Assembly (NCBI GenBank): GCA_030704615.1
Contig: CM060732.1
Coordinates: forward strand, 16,120,001-16,184,000
Reading direction: 5' to 3'
DNA: 64,000 nucleotides
DNA from: Takakia lepidozioides
Taxonomy: Eukaryota; Plantae; Bryophyta
The notes below the pieces were generated by a model, which saw only the letters and a program-made list of their open reading frames with translations, was not told where the DNA came from and ran no database searches. Positions 38,857 to 49,586 of this stretch are shown here, in pieces (the first letter of the stretch is position 1; the number at the start of each line of letters is the position of its first letter). The translations under genes and the position numbers were made by a program.

Positions 38857-41435
38857 CTATCCAATGCAATGTGGACATAACCAATCCCCATCTGGAACCA
38901 TCTCAAGAGGTGGAGTCAAGCATCCCATATGCCAACCTCTAGAGCATCGATCGCACACCAGCATGGTGGCTGCCCCTTTAGCAGACCCACACAACATGCA
39001 CCTCAAACCTGCAGATACCACTGCCAGGTTTGGGTCAATCCTGCCATCGACATTCGGAAGGTGACATGGCGCACAATTACGCACATGGTCCTTCCAAGTT
39101 ATGCCATCCCGACCCTCCAAGACCAAGACGCCTGAGGGCAAGACCTCTCGAACCCTCAAAATAACACGTCCTGCAGTCACATCCAGGGTCGTAGGAGCAG
39201 TCTGCTGCAGATAGACATAGTCACCAGGGTTGAATCTCCGAACCCCAGGACGATAGCCCCCACCACGTATGGTAGCATACCTCAACGTATCACGGTGTTG
39301 TGCAATGGCAAGGTTCTCGAAAGCCATGGGCATGACTCTCTTGAACAACTCTGCACGCTGCTCACATGCACGTGCCCACACGTCCGGATCGTCAAGGTTA
39401 AGAACTGTAGTAGCTTCTCTGCGAATGGATGTAGGCAAATCCGGCTCTTGGCCAAAGAGAAGAAAGTATGGTGAGAAGGAGGCAAGTGATGCTTGCTTGC
39501 TGAACCTGTAGCCCATGGCTAACCAGGGTAACTGAAGGTCCCAATCTCCTAGGTGTCCCTTCTGCAAGCCATACTTGCGCAAACCCCTCTTTACTGTCTG
39601 AACAACTCTCTCTGCCAAGCCATCGGCCTCAGGATGATCCCGAGAAGTGGTGCGGTGGTCTATCAAGGCCTTATCACACAAAGCCTGAAACTCCCCCAAG
39701 AACTCTCTCCCTTGGTCCGTGAGTACCTCAGCTGGAGCACCAAATCGGCTAAGCACACAATCCAGGAATGCATACGCAGCTCCCTCACTAGCCTTATCAG
39801 GCAATGGAACCAATTCAATCCACTTGGAGAAGTGCTCCACCATCACCAACACGTACTTGTTGTGGCGCATGGTCAGTGGCAACGGCCCTGCGAAGTCAAG
39901 ACTCCACTCGTAGCCCAATCCCATGATCGGAAGAGGGTGCAATTGTGGAGTAGGGGCGTTGAATGAAGCACGCACCCTGTCACACACCATGCACCTAGCC
40001 ACAAATTGTTGCACCTCTGTGTGCATACCACGCCACCAATACTGCCCCTGCAGTAGACTATGAGTGCGTCGCACCCCAAAATGCCCCAACTCCTCATGGG
40101 CATGCCGCACTAACCGTGCCCGCTATGTTGGGTGAGGCACAATCCTCACTCGACCATCCTCCCACACTCGGAGCAGGTGTGTCCCCTCCCACCTGAACCT
40201 CTTGGCTTGTTGTAGGATCTGATCCCTCTCCTTGGCAGTCACAGTGGCTGCCATGTCTCCAGTGCGGAGGTAATCCAACACAACTGAATCCTCATGTATA
40301 TCTTTGGCGCCACCTTGCTCATTGTTGGCCTCAGGGTCCTCAGACACTTGATCTACAGTCATCCCTGTTGCAGGTCCAACCTGGCCTTCCACTGCCAAGA
40401 TACACAGAAATGCAGATGCATGCCATCCGGGCACCATCTCCTCGTCCGTCTCACCATGCCACCGAGCTCCAGTGTCATCCTGTTGGCTCGTGCATGGATT
40501 GCGACTCAACCCATCTGCATTGCGATTGACCAAACCCGGTCGATGCACCACCTGAAAGTCATACTCTTGAAGGATGAGTGCCCACCGTGCAAGCTTCCCC
40601 GTAAGCTTATCTGACTCCATCAACCACTTGAGTGGTTGGTGATCCGTGACAAGGGTGAAGAGATTGCCGTATAGATAGCACCTGAAGTGTGCCACGGCCC
40701 ACACTGCAGCTAAGCATTCTCCCTCATATGAGCTATACTTAGACTCTGCAACATTGTTCGAGCGACTAGCATAAGCCACTACGAACTCGCTTCCCTCATC
40801 ATCCACCTGTGTGAGCACCGCTCCAAGCCTCAGCATGCTCCAATCTGTATGCAGCTGAAAAGGACGCCCCCTGATAGGTCGTCTCAAGATGGGCGCCGAG
40901 GTCAACCTCGCCTTGAGCTCTTGAAAAGCTTGTTCTTGCTCATCTTCCCACTGCCACTCCTGGTCCACCTTGGTCAGCTTGGTTAGAGCCTTTGCAATGG
41001 CACTAAATCCCTTAACAAACCGTCTATAATAGTTTGCTAACCCCATGAAAGCTTGAACTCGGCTCACATCCGTGGGGCGTGGAACCTGTGCAATGGACTC
41101 TACCTTAGTCTGCTGTACCCCCAATCCTCCAGGATATATCATGTGACCCAGATACTCAATCTGGTTGTGGAAAAACTTGCACTTTCCCGGATGTAACTTC
41201 AATCCGTGTGTCCTCAAGCGCTCAAATATCCCCTGAAGGTGTCTCTCATGCTCCTCCACCGTAGCACTAAAGATGATGATGTCATCTATGTAGCACCGAG
41301 CAAACTCCACCCCTGCTAGAATCCTGTCCATGACTCTTTGAAACTCAGCGGGAGCATTTTTAAGCCCAAATGGTAAGAACCGCCACTGGTATAGGCAATC
41401 CTTCCCGTGCTCATTGATCCCCCAGAATGCCACCT
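38857..41435 (-). pseudogene. Gypsy pol: RT C-half, RNase H, integrase, PHD finger
   Basis: LPFGLKNAP, CYIDDII, TDWS..GAVL, HHCC zinc motif, SLDFAGP/TDQG/DGLAER DDE, CMLC...CDRC..GWHMGC...WLCPHC; one in-frame stop at 40123. Confidence 0.95.
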
Positions 41436-42023
41436 GTTGCAGTTTAAGGGTCATATCCCAATGGCTCAGGGCACCTGCACCTGCATCCACCACAAGAACT
41501 CCTATGGTTGGCTGGTCATCAACCCAACCTCACCATAGAAGAAACACTGGTGGTCTTGCTGGTCATCACTCCAGCCTCACCACCGACAGCATACTCTAGG
41601 ATTGACCGGTGATCAAATTCGGCCTAATCCCTATGAAAACAAGCGCCCACACAAAACCAACATGGCGCACAGTCAAGCATGCAGGTGTTGGGGGGGATCC
41701 AAACACAAGAAATCAAAACATCAACACCCCCACACCAAAATCCAGCTGCAATGCTGATCCTGCAGAATATCCCAGCCCAAAACCCCGGACTGACTGGCCT
41801 CCACCAAGAGAGGCTTTGGCAACTACGAGTACAAGGTAATGAAAATAGTACAGAGATGGAGGGGAAGAATAGAAGCCCGCCCAAGCAAGATCTAATCCTG
41901 ATCTATGCTATCAACTGCCAGACTTCTCTCAAAGTGCCTCACTCTACATGATGGTAAGGTGTAGGAGGTATATCTATGTCCAGAAACCTGCCACTAACCT
42001 TGTCCAAGCTACAGTAGCTCGCT

Positions 42024-42650
42024 CTAACCAACCCTCCTCCTCTTTCTGCCAGGTAGAGACAAGCAATACTCCCCTATCTCCCGCTCACTGAATACTAAAG
42101 AAAACAAAGGTAGGGTCTGATAGTCTCTCAACTCGAAAGCTTTGAGACGGTTGCGGGTGTCCTCATTACGAATGACTGCATCTCCTTCACGCACAACAAA
42201 CATGTCATTGCTGATGAACCCCCGCTCGTGGTTGCCCTGTGCAGAGCGTATCCGGCTGCAACCATGTCTGATTGCACAAACTTGTGTAGCTCCTGCTCCT
42301 CTGCTCCAGTACACCACGGCCTTGTGGCTGAACACCTTGGTCCCCGGGGCTGTCTTTGGCTGTGTTCCAAGCCTAGCTTTCACCCACTTTGGTATTTCAC
42401 CTACAGCTGCAGAACTGCTGGCTCCAACAGAGTTCTGACTGTCCAAGGCGATATTGAGGCCCTCAATGCCAACTACAGCAGTCTGTTGTCTACTGCTAAT
42501 GCCTGACTCCCAGTATGCAATCAACTCGTCCAACTGTTCTCCACTCAAATCAGTCTGAGTTCCTTGGGAAACATAAATCCTGTCCCCTTGTGTGCACAGG
42601 CTAAGAGAAGAGACCTGCCCTTCAATTACGTCCTCATTTCCCCCAGCCAT
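42024..42650 (-). CDS. Hypothetical 208-aa ORF inside the retroelement
   Basis: ATG-initiated, uninterrupted, ends in basic RKRRR; no family recognised. Confidence 0.4.
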   Translation of the reverse strand: MAGGNEDVIEGQVSSLSLCTQGDRIYVSQGTQTDLSGEQLDELIAYWESGISSRQQTAVVGIEGLNIALDSQNSVGASSSAAVGEIPKWVKARLGTQPKTAPGTKVFSHKAVVYWSRGAGATQVCAIRHGCSRIRSAQGNHERGFISNDMFVVREGDAVIRNEDTRNRLKAFELRDYQTLPLFSLVFSEREIGEYCLSLPGRKRRRVG

Positions 42651-43404
42651 GCAAGGAGTACATCCACAGATTTATGTCTCATGTAGACCACAACAATTCT
42701 GGACACAGAATTGTGGATCTTTCATAGCACACTCACACTCTAAAAATTCCATAGATTTTTAGCAGAGTCCCCAAAACAAAAACCAGGTGTAGATATGTAG
42801 ATTTCCCCTTTCTGCAGCTCTCCACCCAAAAACTGAGTCAAACGGAGTCCATTTGACAAAGTTATGACCAACCAGGCTCTAAATCATTTAAATTATATCA
42901 AAGTTTTTTTTTTTTTTTTTGTAACACCAAAACGTTCCTGCCATTAAGAACCGTTCCCAGGTTTCATTTGTGGTTACAGGTGCACCACAGACTTGCTCGC
43001 TTAGTGAGCTGCTTTGCTCCAGTGACGACTCTCGAGCTCGGGTGTATGGCTATGGCGATGGTGATGGCCTGTGCAGCGTCAGGCATCTGTTTCCCGTGAT
43101 GCAAGCACTCGAGCCATCCCTAATGCAGGGACAAGCCCTGATGATACTCTGTCAGAATTTGGTGGGCAGCTGCCATCTGCACTTGCTCTCTCTTCAGACA
43201 ATCTTCGGACCTAGTGTCAAATGTGGAAGTGGTGAAGGAGCTTATTGACAAAGACAACTGTGTTGGACTATCCACAGAGTAGAGAGTAACCAGATCAGCT
43301 TCGTCATTTAGTTGAAGCTTGGAGCATAGGTCTGCATACTCCGATAGGGCAAGGCACTATCTCAATTCAGGTAGCGATCATGTTCAATGTAGAAACATAC
43401 CCGC

Positions 43405-43945
43405 TAGCGGTATACTGATCCACCGCAACATCCCCGTTGGACTTGTCTGCAATGTTCCCTGCAGCTTTGCAAGCTCGTGTACCGAGTGTCTGGCCAAGTT
43501 GGGCAGCAACAGCATTCAGACTGGCCACAAACTTCAAGGTTGGATAACCACTCACTCCATGTCTCGGTCACAGGTCTCCTCTGTCTTTGAGCTATGTTGG
43601 GTCGACTTGCTGGAGGGAAAGGTTGCTGGTCATTCCAACTGACACCAAGCATTTCAGTTCAGCCTTCTACCCGGCCGGCGCTACCACTGCCGTTGCTGTC
43701 CTACCAGCCAATGTCCCCGACCCCGTGCTTGCGACCCTACGCCACTACGCTACCTCCCTGCAGCTCCAACACATGATTAGAATCCCAGTTCTTCACATAC
43801 ACCGCCATCCTCCGAATTCAGATGAATACCAGCATACTGGCTCGCCCATTGCACATATTGCGTCTTCCACCGAAGATAGAATAATTATTGGTGAAGGTGA
43901 GTATCAATCGTTTTCCCTGTCTCTTGGCTTCAGCTACCACAAAGC
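43405..43945 (-). pseudogene. Mosaic of captured host gene fragments (GH5 mannanase, PDI/thioredoxin, GH1 beta-glucosidase)
   Basis: FVVAEAKRQGKRLILTFTNNYSIFGG..QYVQWA and YVKNWDSNHVLE (43764-43943); HGVSGYPTLKF (43529-43561); GNIADKSNGDVAVDQY (43409-43459). Confidence 0.7.
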
Positions 43946-46900
43946 CGAGTGCATCCCTTCCATTTCACCATGTCTGCTATAGCGTGGAGCGAGAGCTTGA
44001 GCGTGGAGCTTGTAGAGCGGGAAAGCTTGAGCTGAGCAGATGAGGCATTTCCTCACTTCCTTGGTCATAACTGTCATATAATGAACACTCCATTGGCTGT
44101 GTTGAAGAAGCTTAATCCATGCAGCTTCAGAAGCACTCAGGTAGATAATCCGCATGTTGTGTTGAATATTTTCAACACTGTAAGCGGGTTTTTTGCATCG
44201 TTACTCTTCATCGATTCTTTCGAGATAACCCGTGGTGCGTAGCACGATGTTATGCCATGGCTGCCAGGGCTCCCTTTCCCGTACACTCTTCACTGCTCCT
44301 CACCTTCTTTCTATAAATCGCTTCTCTGTCTATGTTGCTTTAACAAGGTCTGGATTTGTCACCATTGGACTGACCAAGTACAGCAAAGGCTGTAGAGCTG
44401 CCTCTCGCGGTGCTCCTGTACAGTTGCAGTTATAGCGACGCACCGAGTGCCCAACTTGCAACAACTATTCAACCGCAAGCGTTTGTTCCCTTGTCACAAC
44501 CACACTCTTGCATGCATGCTGCATACAGTCTTCCACCTTCGGAGAAGAAGTCCAGGGACAGAGTTACGGTTGTCAGCAGCTACCAACAAACATAGTCTTC
44601 CTTACATTTGCGCATCATCCTGTTGCTCCACCAGCCTTGTCACAAACATAATCTACCATAATTTTCTTCTCTCACTTCTAAAACAAAAACCACAAGTGCT
44701 TAAAACTAAACTCACCTCTGGCACTCACAGATGCAAGCCTCATCTCTCTCGAGTGATAAACAAGCTAAAAAGGACACACACTCCCAACACAAGAAATATA
44801 AAATCCATCGCTATCACTCATTGAAACAGAAGTCGAGCCAGGGGCACCCCAAGCTATGGGGACTCCACCCCACAACAACCTGTATCCCTACATAAGCACA
44901 CTCAAACCTAAACACATGCAGGAGCTCGGTCGCGCAGGCTCAACTCGAGAGAGATGAGCCGCGCGACTGCCGCTCTCGTGAAGATAAGACGGACCAGGTG
45001 TCAAACTAAACTTGACACCTGATTTAACACTTGACCTAAATCCAAGTGTTAAATACAAATAACTAGTTTTATTCTAGCTGTTTTCACACTGTGCTTATTT
45101 AACTTGACAGCCTCAACTTGACTCAGGTCGCAGCCCGGTTCCACCGGCCACACCGGGGGAGCCTCTGGCATTGTTTGTATGCCGTACTTGGGCTTTCCAT
45201 ACACGCAAGTCATAATGTCGTGCCTGCAGAACCAGAATTGGGTGGTTGTTGCCTCCGCAAACTTTGCATGGACAAATCTTCCTGTAAAAGTAGGAGCAGG
45301 GACAGCCCCATGTGGATTCCTCCTTATCATCTCTAAACAACGTTGCCGTGTATCCACTCGAATTGTGGAACACCTGCCTCGAAACGACGGCTTTGTGCGA
45401 GCAATTCTCCACTATGACGCAGACACAGTCGTCTCCACAATGGCTTGGCCATACTGCATAACAGCGGGCGTAATCAGGGGCAAGCGAGCGGTGGGAATTT
45501 CTCGCACGAAATCCCCGCTTGAAGGCGATGGCGATCTGGAATTTCTTGGGCTTCCACTGCTGGAAGACACATTGTGCGGCAACATGACGGGACCTTGAGG
45601 TGCTGTCCGAATGTTCCTGTCGGATCTCCAGGAATCCTCTTCGCACCCGGGTTCCTCTTCAATCCTCCGCCTCACAGGGCGAGTACGGACGTCCCCCTCT
45701 AGGTGTTCACCTCTGCGGTGCAGAGGCGTCCCTTTGATCTTCTCTCGCAATGTTGTCGCCCATTTCAGTGGATTCTTCGACCTCGTAGCTGTTCGTACCA
45801 ACAATTCCTCCCTGTCCGGCCCAAAGCCCCATTGTTTCCCACTCAGGAACTTGTAATACGTGGCTTGCTGCATGATTGCTCTGTCGATGTCCTCCGTTGT
45901 GGCCGTCACTACGTCCACCAGATGTGCGGCAGAAGACGCTCGCCAGGAGGAGTGCACTGATTCTGCCATATTCGTGTTTGGCATGTCCGTGTCGGAATCC
46001 AAGCACCGCTCCTACAAGGACACAAACAATGGTGAGGGACCAATGGAAAGGTCCGTAATAGAAAGACAATTGCACGAAAATGACAGCATCATACCTCTTG
46101 CATGTACTGTCCGAACTGTCGATACCGGAAATGCCACCACCCCAACCAGCTGTGCAAGGCTCCCAGATTGGTTGTCTCCACTGCACCTGACGTGTTCCAC
46201 CAAGCCTCGATGATAGCAAACTTAACCTCCGCGTCATCAAATGTGGGTGCATCCTTCTACGCCGTACAAAGGACATGGTGTTCAGCCTGGAACCCCTTTC
46301 ATCTCGCAGATTGCAATCGTCATGAGCCTCTTGGAGTGATAGTCATAAATATGCGCACCCATAGTCACCCACTGATGGTTTATAATTCGCTTGATGTGAT
46401 CAAACATCACCCAAGCATTCGACAAGTTTCCAGTTGTCATGCGAGTGACCAAGTCGACTCCACTCCCAGGCCCACACGTCGACATTTTAAACATGTAACA
46501 ACGATCATATTTGCTGCCTTGCCCTAGAAACCTGCTACCTTGGATGTAGTCATATCCAGTCATTCGTTTCACCTCCAGGATTGAGTGCATGTCCGACCCC
46601 CGGCCGAACTCCTGCTTGCAAGATACGATGTGATTCCGCACATTCGGACTACAAACGTGCGAGACGGACTCCAACAAGTCAAGCATCTCCTCTTCGTTCA
46701 AGGGCACTCGGTCTGAACAATCTTTAGACATGATTTTGCCAAGAGCAATCTTGTGGGTTGCCTTCAGCTGAATCTGCTTTGGTCTGGCTCTGGGGCTCAA
46801 TTTCACCTCCTCTTTTATGATGTCGTGTGCTTCCTGCACAGCCTCACGCATGTTGCCTCTCGCCAAGGGGTGGCAGTGGACCCCAACGTGTATGCAAGCT

Positions 46901-48241
46901 CTAGTCAAGTCTGGGAGCAAATGGATTACGTAACATTGCTTGGCTCTACACATGGACATGCACGTCGGTGGTTCTTTGCAATGTGCGCACTTGAAAGTAC
47001 CCGCAGGAACTTGGCTGAAGACAATGAATGGATGATGGGTTGTGCCAGTCCAATCCGTCTCGTTTCTCCGCCCTCATTTGGAGAGAAAGTGGAAGCAGAC
47101 GGGATTGAGGCACCTCAGCTTCCCCACAGAGGACGTATCGTACACGAACACCATCAGCAATTTTTGTGCTACTGGTCTTCGTCACACACCAGGGGTGTCC
47201 GTCATGCTTTCGATCCATGTCTGTTAACATCCCGGAGGCTTTGTTTGACGAAGTAACAGGTGGAAACTCGAAGATGACATTGCCATCGACTTCGGGAGGC
47301 AGATACGTTACCTTCCTGATTGGAAATTTGGCATAGTCGAGAGCAGCCAGCTCGGAGCGAGAACCATCGAGGTGATGTTGCCGTAGGAGCTGCACAATGG
47401 ACCGGGTTGGAGTTATGCTCGAGGGTACATGCGTAGCACCTGCAGAGACGTCCATGTCGGATTTGAACGACCGTGTGGAGGACATGGGGACCTCAATGCA
47501 CTCATCTTCCTTGTCGGAAATGTCGAATACGTCCACACGAGAAGCTATGGAGGGTCATGACGGTCCAGGTCGGGAATGATTATCGTTGCATACCTCTCTA
47601 TTGGCAGTGGCCGCCTGTCACGTGCCATTCGATTCCGCAACCTCCGTCGTTACCTAGCACGACAATGGTCTCGTCAACCTATCCAGGAACATCCTTCCTT
47701 TCTTCTTCCAAATAAACTGTGCCCGGTTTGAGCTTGAATTTGGAACAAAGGTAAGTTTCAGTCACTCTGCAAAGTCCTCCCTCGTTTGGGATCCAGGCTC
47801 TCCCAAGTTGCGAAGGACAGCAAACTATAGTGTAGGAATTCGGAGCCATCAAAGACCGCATGAAGTTGGCAAGTGCGAGGTTCAGTATAGCGACAGACCA
47901 AGGCTCACAGGCACCATCTAAGTGGATCTGCAGAGTCCATCGACGATTGGAAGTTGCTCATTGAAGTGGAAAGTATTGTTTCAAGCTACATGCATAAAGG
48001 TGGGACGTGTGATTCCATATCCAGTAAGTATGACAATGATGGCCGATTCGGCGATGAAATAATATCTCCTGACAGTTTCTCCTAAGGGTTGATCCAGCAG
48101 TATTCTCGGTGCAGACATGAACGTTCGCACTGACAAGTGCCAGGACTGTGAGTTAAAACGGTAAGACAACCAAGTTGTGCTCATTAAGACAGGCCGCAAT
48201 TGTGTTGTTTCGGAACAACGCAACCCATTGAGGTTCCGCAT

Positions 48242-49370
48242 GCAGAAATGAGGTTCCGCATTTCCGTCCGGAGTGATACTTTTGATTGCTGTTGGACAGA
48301 AATATAGCGCCGCATTTTCGTTTTGCATCTCAGTCATGCACCAGTGCGACTGAAATGCGGCACCGAGTTTCCGTCCAGGGGAAACCTTTATACTCTCCAG
48401 AACGGAAATGCGGTGCCGCATTTCCATCCAACAAGAACAGTATGTGACAGTGGAACGGAAATGCGGTACCGCTTTTCCGTTCTGATTGAAAATCATGAAC
48501 CACTGGAACTGAAATGCAGCACAACATTTCCGTCCGAATCGCACCTTCCGACATTCCACAACGGAAATGCGGTGCCGCATTTCCGTTTTGTATCTGAGGC
48601 ATGGAGCTGAGGGACGGAAATGCGCCACCCCATTTCCGTCCGGTTGAGACCTTCATACGCTCCAGAACGGAAATGCGGTACCGCAATTCCGTTCTGACTG
48701 AAAATCGTGAACCATCGGAACTGAAATACGGCACCGCATTTCCGTCCGAGTCGCACCTTCCGACATTCCAGAACAGAAATGGGGCACCGCAATTCCGCCC
48801 TGGTGAGACCTTCATACTCTCCAGAACGGAAATGCGGCACCGCATTTCCGTTCTGACTGAAAATCGTGAACCATCCAAACTGAAATGCGGCAACGCATTT
48901 CCGTCCGAGTCGCACCTTCCGACATTCCAGAACGGAAATGCGGCGCCCCATTTCCGTTTTGTATGTGAGGCATGGATCTGTGGGATGGAAATACGGCACC
49001 GTATTTCCGTCCGGGTGAGACCTTCATACTCTCCAGAACGGAAATGCGGCACGACATTTCCGTTCAACAACTAAGGTATGTGAAGGTGGAACGGAAATGC
49101 GGCACCGCATTTCCATTCTGATTGAAAATCATGTACCACGGGACCTGAAATGCGGCAGCGCATTTCCGTCTGAGTCGCACCTTCCAACATTCCAGAACGG
49201 AAATGCGGCACCGCATTTCGGTCCGGTTGAGACCTTCATACTCTCCAGAACGGAAATGCGGTACCGCATTTCCGTTCTGACTGAAAATTGTGAACCATCG
49301 GAACTGAAAGAACGGAAATGCGGCACGACATTTCCGTTCAACAACTTAGGTATGTGAAGGTGGAAATGCG
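48242..49370. repeat. Palindrome array 3: 26-bp ACGGAAATGCGGCRCCGCATTTCCGT plus 27-bp spacers, strict 53-bp period, about 21 units
   Basis: Repeat starts 48296, 48349, 48402, 48455, 48508 ... 49197, 49250, 49303. Confidence 0.95.
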
Positions 49371-49586
49371 GTTTGGTTGGGTGGGGGGTATTTTTTGCCT
49401 CGATTTCTGTGAGGTCGTTGGAGAATGCTCCCATAGGCCCTCCTCTGGCTTCCAGGATCATTTTATTCTACAAAATTAACTTTTAGGAACTATTTTGACA
49501 CCTACTCAAACCTACTTAACAGGGGAAGGGTTTAGAGTTATGTCTTTTTAGAAAACCTCGTTTAGTGTTGTTCCGATTGTTGTAGA

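Larger units (their letters stand above)
38070..45109 (-). mobile_element. LTR-retrotransposon-derived insertion with A-internal-B-A-B repeats and 4-bp TSD GCCT
   Basis: A = 44754-45109 and 38156-38509 (5 differences); B = 38512-38596 and 38070-38154 (identical, TG...CA); PPT-like TAGGGGGGCGAT before the inner B; GCCT at 38066-38069 and 45110-45113. Confidence 0.85.
37536..47536 (-). pseudogene. Mutator-like transposase with N-terminal GCM/WRKY-like Zn domain and C-terminal SWIM finger, split by the 38070-45109 insertion
   Basis: DGHPWCVTKTS...CRAKQ...CIHVGVHCHP; WVMFDHIKR; WLGWWHFR; TNMAESVHSSW; SWIM PTCNCTDF...CKHLYYV; removing the insert and one GCCT restores SQVEADALTAAGF in frame. Confidence 0.75.

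Noticed and set aside
38070-45109. DIRS/Ngaro/PAT tyrosine-recombinase element
   Set aside because: No recombinase motifs seen; it has a DDE integrase, TG...CA ends and a TSD
48242-49370. True CRISPR array
   Set aside because: Spacers recur in a few classes, no cas genes are present, and the context is eukaryotic
47981-49461. Long ORFs on both strands across the array
   Set aside because: By-products of a stop-poor palindromic repeat; the 53-bp period is not a multiple of 3
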